Below are positions 51,944 to 61,700 of a stretch of DNA of 64,000 bases, one piece after another. The stretch comes from Hyphochytrium catenoides (Eukaryota > Protista > Hyphochytriomycota): NCBI GenBank assembly GCA_900088475.1, contig FLMG01001949.1, positions 3,800 to 67,799 on the forward strand, written 5' to 3'. Within the stretch, counting starts at the first letter, position 1; the number at the start of each line of letters is the position of its first letter. Under the pieces are notes generated by a model that had not been told where the DNA came from, made no database searches, and was given only the letters and a program-made list of their open reading frames with translations. The translations under genes were made by a program, and so were the position numbers.

Positions 51944-53023
51944 TCATTGCTCTTCCAATCCTGCACTTGTTACTTGGTTGCTAACAACTGCTACAGTTTT
52001 CCCGCCAAAGTGTTGGCCCCCACTCAGTAGAATAATGGTTATCTTATGCAAGGCCAAGGTGCGGGCCCTTGAGACCGCACTTTTACTAGCAATCTGCATG
52101 AATACGTTTTGTAAGCTGATGTAATGATGGAGGCTGGTATACTTATACCTTGATAGCTTCTCCTTGCTTGTCGTTCTCGGCAGTTCCCAGTGCCTTTACC
52201 TCCAGCGACTCCACGCTGGTCTTTCGTACCGTCAGTCGTAAGCAACAAGAGACCTTACACTCGTACCCCTGCGACAAGAAAAACTTGAAATGAGCGGACT
52301 CTGAGTGAAAATTAGGCTTGTCAATAATGATACCTTGCTCAGGGTTTTGACTACTGAAACGGTAGATATCTCGATAATTCTCGAACTCCAGCCACTGAAC
52401 CCCAAATAATAGTTAGCTAATTCTACACTCTGCGCGGAATAAAAAGGTAGACATGTCAGGCTGGTTGGAAAGCAATGGTAGGGCTGGAGCAAGTGAGACA
52501 ATGAAGCTAGGACAAAAAACAAAACAAAAACCAGCACTTGCTGTTTCACCAAGCGGTATAAAAGAGCGCAAAGCAAGGAACTTCTATTCGCTTGCTACCC
52601 CTTACCTGTACGGACGATAGCGGAAGCCTCATGGGACCCTTTCGAGCCTTCTTTTTCTGAACTCTCAGAGGCCACCCGCAAAGAAGGATACCGTCGAGGC
52701 GGTCAATAGCTGTTATGGCAGATGCAATGGAGAAATAATGGACCACGCAGTCTCGCAAACCATTGCTTTGGGCATTGCGATGGTCATCTTGGGAGTCAAA
52801 AATGACCAGATCGTATATGAGTCCGCACTTGAGAAAGAGATCTAGATTATATGTGCACAAAATGCCCATTAGCTGCGGTGAACGCGCAAAAAGGCTGGTG
52901 AGTCGTACCCTCGATATCGCCTGGCGTAGCTGCTGGATGGAGGTTGGTAACATAAACTCTGGCCTGCTCCGATGGAGTCTCGAAGGTGATAACCTCATCT
53001 GGTAGGGTCGGATGGCCACCCAT
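51944..53023 (-). CDS. RDM1: RDM1-like protein (RRM + Rad52-type motif and fold), about 238 aa, 5 exons
   Basis: Exons 53023-52909, 52841-52606, 52429-52334, 52268-52149 and 52093-51944, all GT-AG and in phase. RRM (RVYVTNL...LFLKCGLIYD...CVVHYFS...AIDRLDG) followed by LPLSSVQSVELANYYLGFSGWSSRII, which matches the RDM1 RD motif as I recall it (CQELANYYFGFNG.SKRII). Confidence 0.85.
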
Positions 53024-53776
53024 GGGAAGCAGGTAGTAGTCTTGGTTTGCTAGCACAGCCAATGGTGACCGCAGGCATATTCAAAACTCTTGATGTCGCT
53101 CATAACGCTGGAAACACGGGCGCCCTGTCTCTCGCCTTGTCTCGGCTAGTAGTAAGTTTCGATAATGCTGACCCTTTCAATATCAATAGCAGGGCATTTG
53201 AGCTTGCCTGCTCTGGAGTCTGAGAAAATTGGGAGCTGAAAAGCCCTTTCCGGACACAGAGAAAGCACAGGAAATCGAGATTGTTGATTGTCTTCCCCGC
53301 AATAACAAATAGAAAGCCCTGCCAATTTGTATATTTGTGGGGTGATGAGGCCAACGGACACGGGAATCAATCCGTCAATGAGCCATTAATCTTAGATTCA
53401 GATAATCATAATACATCCATGGCCATGATTCTCGTGGAAGTCATCATTAGTTCACAGCTATGGTCTTTGATTATCTGCATCTGCATCACTACAGTTTCCG
53501 CAGTTCCTACAGTTTGCAGCAGGCAGCAGGCTATATAAGGCCATGTACTTGTACCGAAGCTCCAGAAATCTGGTTCAGCACCTCTCGAGCTTCAAAAAGA
53601 GCTGGGCATCGTCCAGAGGAAGTAATAACCCGCCCGTTGGAGACGTTCATTTCTCAAGATTTGCTGCTCAAGGCGTTGCGGCTAAGCAGCAGCCAGCGGA
53701 GCCAACGTGCCCTTCCTCTACTACACGTCTTCGGATATCTCGAACAGAGCTCTCTGGTGCTGTTGAACTTCAAAAG

Positions 53777-55239
53777 ATGACCGAAGAAGCAGCGTCGTCA
53801 AGCGATGCTGATGGCTATTCAACCCTCATCTTTTACCTCGTTGTCGTTGGTCCAGCTTTGAACTGGATTCTGCGTCCAGGAAGGTGAGGACATATTTACT
53901 TAGTTCCTTATCCCTGTAGCAACGCGCCTTCAGGACTGATCGTCTGCCTTAGGTTTCCAAAGCACAGGGCCATTTTATACGCCGTTGCTTTCTTGGTGGC
54001 GCTGGCTGCAATCAAAACGGTGTGCAGCTATGCTCTCCTAGCGAAAGAGCCCAGGAATTGATACTGACGTTGCTTGCAGGCTGGGGACTTCATGTCCAAG
54101 CCTCCAAACTTCTATCGCATACTTCAAGTAGACCGGGATGCTTCTTTGCAGGATATTAAGCGCATGTACAAGAGGCGGTCAGTCGAACTCCATCCAGATC
54201 GTAACCCTTCTCCCTCTGCCGCTGAGGAGTTCAACACTCTGCGCCAAGCATATGATGTGAGTACAACTGATTCAACGGGAGTGTTCATGCGTGTTGACAT
54301 ACTCTCTTTGTAGGCGCTAAGTGACGCTGACTTAAGGGTAAAGTACGAGGTCTTTGGCAACCGGGCCCTAGATTCCCACTTTGATCTGGAGGCCCACGCA
54401 ATCACCTCTGCGCTAGGAGTTGTGACCTACTACATCACCTGGCTATTGTTTAGCTACGTCTTGTGCATCGGCTCACCTCCAACAGCGCTCATTTGGACCT
54501 ATACTGGTTTAGGTGATGTCATCCAACATGTAAACAGCAACAGCTTTTAGCTCATTGCTCTCTCTCTAGGCTGCTTGTTACTTTTTGAGGTAAATGTCTT
54601 ATTCAACGGCTACAGAGTGCCTGTCTGGCTTCTTCCTCGGGTGACTAGCTACGAAGTCGTTGCTGTCTTCAAGGATGTGTTTCCTGCGTTCATGAATGGC
54701 TGCAAGGTCATCAGCTCGTATACGCATCTAGATCGCACAGAAGAGTTGAAGAACATAACCATAGGAGTGCTGAACACCAATAGAGTAAGTCTACGGTCGC
54801 TTGGAGTGGATCTGGAAGGGGCAGCATAGAGGAGTTGACAGGATGGGTAGATTCCAGCACGGCACTGACTCCTTGCTTTCTGTAGCAACTCTACCTCATG
54901 ATGAGGGATATTCAAGCCGCCCTGCAGTCAGAATCCAGACGAGGCAGCAAAGGCCAGTCTGCTACATCTCCTGCTCCTGCCGGCGAGGTTCAAACAGAGG
55001 TGCAGACAAGCGCCTCTGTGTCCAAACGATCAAAGACACAACGCCACCCTCAAGGAAAAAAAGAGCAAGGCCCTTCGGCTCCAGTAGCAGGAGCAGGCTC
55101 TGGCTCGAATCCCCCAATTATAGACGAAGGCATTGCTAGCGGTGCCGTTCCAAACATAGAGCAACCTCCTTCTTTCAAAGTCCCAAGGTTTGTGATGGCT
55201 TTTGCCGTCTTCTTCTTCTTCCGTTGGCTCTTTGGCTGA
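53777..55239 (+). CDS. Multi-pass membrane J-domain (DnaJ class C) protein
   Basis: J-domain NFYRILQV...DIKRMYKRRSVELHPDRN...F..LRQAYDALSD..LR..Y with an intact HPD. Hydrophobic segments lie before and after it and at the extreme C-terminus (FVMAFAVFFFFRWLFG*). Six exons. Confidence 0.85.
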
Positions 55240-55637
55240 ATATAATAGAGCCGTGGGGCCTATCATAATAATACAAATGGGCCTCTCCTATTCCGCCTCT
55301 GGCCTAAGACTAGCCTCTCCTCTGCCATCTCGGTCTTACCATCACGGTAATCTTTAGCCCTTCATCGCTTCTGTGCTAAGGTATCCCGCTTCTAAATTCT
55401 TCTGCCCTTTCTATCTATCGAAGGCTAGATTAGGGGCAGAAAAGTCAAAAGGCTGAGAAGACTAGCGTTCTATCTACTGACTATGAATCTTTTGACCAAT
55501 TTTATTGACTGCCTCTTATTAGCAGCAGCCAGCACAGATAATCAGGAGGAGCCATCTTGGACCCTTCTCTACAGGTGCCCGCCTGGAATCTCTTTTGTCT
55601 CATCCTATATCCTCTTCTTCACATTTTAGTTGAAGTC

Positions 55638-58600
55638 TTAGGCAGTCTGGGTTGTGCTCTTGGCTGCCTTTAGACACTTCGCCCTAGGAAGTGGAAGCGG
55701 TAGTCGATCAGGACCATCTGCAGGAAGTACTTGATACTTAGACCGGAAGCAGTAGAGCACAAGGTCTTCCTTGGATCGATAGCTTTTGAGAATTTCATCT
55801 GCATGACGAAGGAGTGCTCTGTTATGCTTGGCGAACAAAGTGCACAGTTCAGCTTTGTAAGGCGGAGCTCTCATGTGCTTTTCTTGGTGCTGTAGCTTGA
55901 CCTGCTCCACCATAGTGAATGGGTTCGCCGGAAGGTCTTCTCCGGGTGGTGGGTCCTCAGTGGCCTTCAACTTCAGATGTTTTGGGGTCGCGGAGTTAGC
56001 GCCTTTAACGAAGGACGTAGACTTCTTACTCGCGGGGGAAGATGAGTCGTGTGCGCCAGTGGTTCTCGAGGGCCGGACAGAGGTATCAGCTGTCGGTGCA
56101 GGGGTTTCTGACGTGACATTGCATAGATCAATGAAATTTTGAAGCTTCTTTCCCCGTCTTCCTCCTCCAAACTTTTCAGACTCGATGTCACGGGGTATCG
56201 CATCACGGGGTATCGCATCTTGTGCAGTGATAGAAGCTGTGCGTTCCTTAGCTCCGCCATGGGTGAGGACGAGAGGGGACCGCAGCTGCGGACGCTGGGG
56301 ACTGCCCTGTCCAGTCTTCCCTTTTTCTACAGTCCCTTGCTTGGGAAGGGCCTGCATAGTGATGGGCTTAGGCAAAAAGAAGGATCGCTCATTGGGTTTA
56401 CCAACACTACTTCTATCCATGGAAATGCTAACCCTCTTCTCTTTCGTGGAACCTTTTGTCCACGGGACGAGGTATGAAGTGCGGCATGTGAGAGTGTCTG
56501 TTGTTTCTGGTCGAGAGGGATCAGCAAGTCCTCGTCTCTGTGCAGACGACTCCTTGAGTGGAGGTGCCTCCCTTATCGTCGATAGTATATTGCTGCGACC
56601 TGCTAACAGCGAAGTGGTTGCTGCTTCATCACGGACACACGGCTGTGTAGCTACAAGTAGCTTCTGATTCTTATCCAGTGTTAGGTCTTGAGTTTCGCAG
56701 AGGGTGGATGGTGGCTGCAAGAGAGAGAAAGGTAAGTTTTGCTTTCCAAAGATGGGAGTGCTTCGGCCGCTTGTGTTTGGCGTGGCAAGCTTCTGACTTT
56801 GTCGTACCTTTGGGCCTTCTAGGTTAGCTCTCGTTGCGCGCCGCTTATGGCCTTCAGCTTTTTGGAGATTGGTGGAGAGATGACAGGTCTGGAAAATCTT
56901 AGGCAGCGGCTTCTTTTCCGGGATGGGAACAATGGGTGTGGAAAGCGATAGGAGCAGCTCACCCAGAGTTATCTGTTCGTCATCGTCACCAGTCTTGCCA
57001 GGGCTAGAACGGCTCATGAAGTTGGAACAAGCGGACGGCGGATTCTCAGGCTTAGCTAGGACTGACGAATTCTTCATTGTATAGGTTCGAACTCTCTTGT
57101 GCTGAGCGCCAGCGAAAGACGATTTCCGTTCTTCTATCAGCCCCACAATTTCGTTCTGATCTTGCTGCTTGGCTCCGAATGCGCTCTCTTCCCGGCTCTG
57201 AGAGTGGGTAAGTACATCCTCCCTACTGAGGCCCCGAAGGCTCATCAGGCCACCTTGGACTCTTGTTGTGCTAGTACTTCTCTCTTTCCATCTCAAGTTA
57301 GTGTCTCTGTTTCCTTTGTCCTGATATCTGCCATCCGGGAGAGCCAGAGTCACCGGATACCTCAAGCGGTCTGAGATTGGCGTGCCTGCCAGGGGATCAA
57401 GTTCAGCCAAAGGCATCCCCTCACTTCTCTTATCATCTTTGTTCTGATCTTGAAACGACAAAGCCTGGCAGTTGCTAGAGTAAGCATTGAAGGAGAGAGA
57501 CCTATAGGGCAGTGTTCGTCGTTCCCTTATAGCCTTGCCGTGGACTTTGCCATCGGACTCCGTCTGGTGCTTTCCGAGTTCTTCGTTGCTCATTACCTTA
57601 CTGCTCTTACTGCTCTTCTTTTCGTTGCTCATTACCTTACTGTTCTTCTCCCTTCCCCCGGGAGAGGGATGCTTCATCCCCAGACTAACCCTTACTGCTC
57701 TCTTCTGCTGTTCCTCCTGCTGCTGAGGATAACTCTCCGCTGCGAGTGCCCAGGTAGTAGCTGGCCGGAGTTCCCCACCTGAACCTTTCTTTGTAGGGTC
57801 TATCTTGTCTTCTTTCTCATTGGCACCAAGACCCTTATTCCGCCGGTTCCTATCGCCGGTGTCAGTACTCTTCAGTTCTCTTTTCCTCTTATATTGGTCA
57901 TTGATCAAGTTCTCTGCTATAATCTGTTGCCCAACAGACTTCATCTGTGTATTACCAGCGGCAAGGGCGGCCGGCACTTCTGAGACACGGTGTTTGGCAT
58001 CTTCGAAGCAAGAGCTTGAGGACCAAACATCCACCAAATTAAAAGCAAGGCCAGGGGCGGCGGGGGATACCGCAGACGTACTAGGTTTGTTGCACAGGTT
58101 TGCTTGCATATCCTTATCTTGCTTATCTGCTACTTCCTCCAAGGGAGGTCGGTATAGATGCGCAGCTAGAGTACAGCCAGTCAATGGTTCGTCCTTCGCC
58201 GCATCCACCCTCTCGTAGGGAGATGGCTCCTGTCGAGAATCAGCAGCTACTGACTCTTCGGAGCCTTGCAATCCCGCGAGTGGGAATTTCACCTCATGTG
58301 TTGGTGGCTCATCCTTACCTTGGAGGCTACCATGGATGGTTCGGCAAATACTGTTTTTGTCATCCAGCTTACTTCGGACAACTACTTCCTCTCCGGCGCG
58401 TCGAGCATCATTCTCGTTCTTCTCCTTTCTGAAGCACCTTCTCTTCTTCTTCGTCCACCGAAAGTCTATTAACTTCTCCTTCCGTTCTTCTTTGACAGCA
58501 CAGTCTTCGGTGGTCAGCTTGTCATCCCTCACCTTCAGTTTGCCGGGCCCGGGAGCCATCATCTTAGCATCTTCCACATTGTAGCCTGGGGAAGGGAGGC

Positions 58601-58712
58601 AGTAGCTTAGTGCAGTGCTTGCCAAATATTGAAGGATTCTCTCCTCAATTGCCTCATCGTCAATAATGATAGTACTCCACCCTGCAGCTGCGGGACGCTC
58701 CTCGTACGACAT
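55638..58712 (-). CDS. Hypothetical intronless 1024-aa, mostly disordered K/S/E/R-rich protein with a small C-terminal helical domain
   Basis: Uninterrupted 3075-nt ORF starting with ATG; no recognisable catalytic motif. Confidence 0.65.
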   Translation of the reverse strand: MSYEERPAAAGWSTIIIDDEAIEERILQYLASTALSYCLPSPGYNVEDAKMMAPGPGKLKVRDDKLTTEDCAVKEERKEKLIDFRWTKKKRRCFRKEKNENDARRAGEEVVVRSKLDDKNSICRTIHGSLQGKDEPPTHEVKFPLAGLQGSEESVAADSRQEPSPYERVDAAKDEPLTGCTLAAHLYRPPLEEVADKQDKDMQANLCNKPSTSAVSPAAPGLAFNLVDVWSSSSCFEDAKHRVSEVPAALAAGNTQMKSVGQQIIAENLINDQYKRKRELKSTDTGDRNRRNKGLGANEKEDKIDPTKKGSGGELRPATTWALAAESYPQQQEEQQKRAVRVSLGMKHPSPGGREKNSKVMSNEKKSSKSSKVMSNEELGKHQTESDGKVHGKAIRERRTLPYRSLSFNAYSSNCQALSFQDQNKDDKRSEGMPLAELDPLAGTPISDRLRYPVTLALPDGRYQDKGNRDTNLRWKERSTSTTRVQGGLMSLRGLSREDVLTHSQSREESAFGAKQQDQNEIVGLIEERKSSFAGAQHKRVRTYTMKNSSVLAKPENPPSACSNFMSRSSPGKTGDDDEQITLGELLLSLSTPIVPIPEKKPLPKIFQTCHLSTNLQKAEGHKRRATRANLEGPKVRQSQKLATPNTSGRSTPIFGKQNLPFSLLQPPSTLCETQDLTLDKNQKLLVATQPCVRDEAATTSLLAGRSNILSTIREAPPLKESSAQRRGLADPSRPETTDTLTCRTSYLVPWTKGSTKEKRVSISMDRSSVGKPNERSFFLPKPITMQALPKQGTVEKGKTGQGSPQRPQLRSPLVLTHGGAKERTASITAQDAIPRDAIPRDIESEKFGGGRRGKKLQNFIDLCNVTSETPAPTADTSVRPSRTTGAHDSSSPASKKSTSFVKGANSATPKHLKLKATEDPPPGEDLPANPFTMVEQVKLQHQEKHMRAPPYKAELCTLFAKHNRALLRHADEILKSYRSKEDLVLYCFRSKYQVLPADGPDRLPLPLPRAKCLKAAKSTTQTA
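56185..56220. repeat. 15-bp tandem duplication (DAIPR-DAIPR) in the orphan ORF
   Basis: tcacggggtatcgca occurs twice in tandem. Confidence 0.85.
57581..57648. repeat. In-frame direct repeat (KVMSNE..KVMSNE) in the orphan ORF
   Basis: ttcgttgctcattaccttactg occurs twice, 39 bp apart. Confidence 0.85.
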
Positions 58713-61700
58713 CTACGACATCTGAGCTGTGTGCAGTTTAGCACTGTCAGCTGCCAGAAACTGAAAGGTGACAGCAAGAGTATGGGCGTGCGACTTTGAG
58801 CTAGGTAGTGGTTGATTGAATCTCCAGTCATACACTAGCCTATGCAATCCATTTGTCTCTACGTCTTGCTAAGGGTGCTCGGTGAAGCTACCTTGGGCAT
58901 TATTCCGACCTTCGCAAGCGATCTGTCTCCAACCTTGTGGAGTCGATTGTTGATTTGCAGCGGGAAGCCTGTGATAGTCTTCGTATTCTATACAGGTATT
59001 TTGTTTCTCCCTTAAGCTTTGGCAGAGGCCATTATTGTCTGACAAGAACGATAGAGCACAGGAACCATGCTTAAAGTTGGAATAGGGAGCAGAAACTGGC
59101 TTCGCCCGATGAGACTCTAGCCTGCCCAAGCCGCCCCTTCCGTAATCTTTGACGTCTGGTTTGGTTAACGGTAGTGCCATCTGCTGCCCAAAGCGTTATT
59201 AGAGTCACGGATTAAATGTTCTTGATAACCGCGGCTCACTAGGTAGACTGACAAAGACAAAACAAGAGGAGCAGTTAACTAAATCTTACCCTTTGTGCTA
59301 GAGCCAAGCTTGCATGACTCTTACGTTGAAGAGCCTCGGTAATGCCTGTCTTTCACTTTGTGATCTGGTCAGCAATCAAGATCAAGGGCACACAAAGCTA
59401 CTATACCCTGCTTATTACAAAGGTTGAAGGAAGATCAAAATGACACAAGCTTCCTTAGTCGATGAGGGATGGGAAGTATAGGTCACTAGAGTAGGAAGAG
59501 TCATCATACCCGCGTGGTCTGCGCTTGGAAGTGGGAAACTTAAATGAGCACACGGGCTTGTGACCTATGTAAGTTCTTTGGGCGGTGGCGAGTCTTCCCA
59601 TCACCACGCAAGAGTCACTCGCCGTGAACAGTTTGGTTCTCCTCCTGTGGCAAATTATGTTATGATGGGGTTTGTCATGAGGGCCGGCGCCTTCAGGCCA
59701 ATAGCAGAATGGCAGGGCGAAGTTCCTTTGACCCTTCCCTTCTGGCTCCTTCATTCGTGCCATCTTTCACGTTGTCGTCTCCTCGACGACGAAATAACGT
59801 AGAACGGAACCCTTGCACGGAGATAGGAGTCCGATGAGGAGGATGGTCCCGTCTCACAGAAGCGGATGAGGAGAGAATGGGAGGTATTCGAAGAGTGCGA
59901 AGGGACGGAGTAGAATGTGAGCTAATGTCAACCTTCTTTCGAGAAGTCGATAGAAGACGTTATACAGGCAGTAACAGAGGACGGTTGCAGCGGACGAATG
60001 AGCTGTTGAGTGACAAGGGTACGCTGTGGTGTTTGTCTTATGCTTATAGAGTCTAGCAGGACCGCTGCTCAACTTAGTACGTCGTAAATGTCTCTACTAG
60101 GTCCCTTCTTCGGCCTCCTTACATCCTTTGGTTGTCTCTTTGCTACTCCTTCTCCCTCACTACTAGCGCTGAAGGAGGAGGGGAGGGAACGAACCAGACG
60201 AGCACTAGCGAGAAGATAGGGCAAACCAAAAGACAGTTGCTTGCCTTGTCTTCTCTGGCGTCGGAGGAGACCGACACAACAACTTGAGATCTTGATCCTG
60301 CCCTTCTGAAAGTAAAAATCATGCTTGCCTTCCACCGCACCTTGTCTCTACGCTCGCTTCTTCTTGTGCCTCAACTCGGCCTTTGTGCGAGCTTTTCTGC
60401 CTGTCTCCTCCTCCTTCACCTGCAGGAAGTAGTAGTTCTGTGGACGGTGATGACAGCTTCTTTGCCTCATCTAGGGCTCAGGTGTCATCTATCTCTAACA
60501 AAATCCCTCCTTGTTTCCCTTCAGTCTCTTAGACCAAACACCTGAGTCTGCCCTTGCTCAATGACATCTATGAGTGAAAACGGCTATGATTGTCACCCTT
60601 ATCTCCCGTCAATCTTCTACTTATGTTGACTACCGCTCGTAGCAGGTTCCCGCACCATTACCTACCGGAAGGAGATAAGCCTTCCATTACATTCACATTC
60701 TATGATATTACCTCCTCCACCTCTTGCTTTCATGCTCTCCTCCTTATCATCCCCTGACTCCTTATCTCACAGCTGCCGGGGATTACGGCCTACCACCGGG
60801 TTATTGGCGGTCCTTGCATTCTCTCTCTACTTATTTTCCTCCCTTTCCTCCTCCTCCTCTCTTTCAGCTCCTTCGCCCTCCTTCTCTCCTCTTGCCGCGT
60901 TGCCTTCTGCTCCATCTCGCCTTTTTCTTGCCTTCTTCTCCTGGATGTTCGCTCTCCCGCTCCCGTCTTCTTCTTGCTATTGCTGCTGCTTTCCACTGCT
61001 ACAGGCCTTACGCACAGCTAGGAAACGAGGTGGGGCGGAGTTCGTGAGCAAGCAGTTGGCGGCGGAGGAAGGAAGCAAAGCACCAAAGAGCCCTCGCCAT
61101 AATTTTCACTTCTTTCTGCCGGTTCCTGCCTCTCTTGCCGAGGGGAGCCGTTCTACCTCCCCACCCACCCTCAAGGTGGTAGAAGTAAATACCAGGTTTT
61201 GCCAGGATGGGTGGGTCTTTCACTACTACTGTTTTACTGTCGCTTCTTCTTCAGTCTTTGCACGCTGCTCAGTAGTTCTAATGTTGAGCTAGAGAGAGGT
61301 CTGTTACCTACTACCTACTAGGACTATCTAGTTCTTCTAGTTCTAGTGGCGGGAGCAACGGCCTTGAATGACTTGCTTGTTGCTGGCAAGAGAGCGTAAG
61401 AATGGTTGCGCGTCTATGATAATGACTGCTCATGGTCCTAGGAGTGAGTGACGCAACCAACAATTCAACCGTTCACATTTGAGGGAGAGAAATAGCAGCA
61501 GTAGAAGTAGCTGCAGCTTGAAAAGGGAGGACAAGGAGGCGGAAGGAAGTCGCCTTGCTGTACAAAGAAGAAACGACCGCAGCAGACAGCTGCTGTGATA
61601 AGTAACGCTCCGGACGCCAGCCTCTGGAAGTCTTGGAGCAGAACAGGCGGATCACAAAGGGAAAAAAAGCTGGCCGCCACAATCCGAAGTGGTGGATAGG

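Noticed and set aside
599-58584. Numerous 60-230 aa ORFs antisense to or overlapping the main genes (e.g. 14141-14824, 27423-27938, 56185-56667)
   Set aside because: They are shadow ORFs of real coding strands and have no motifs of their own.
60702-61292. 196-aa Ser/Leu/Pro/Phe-rich ORF
   Set aside because: Its composition is explained by a CT-rich low-complexity tract, and it has no domain signal.
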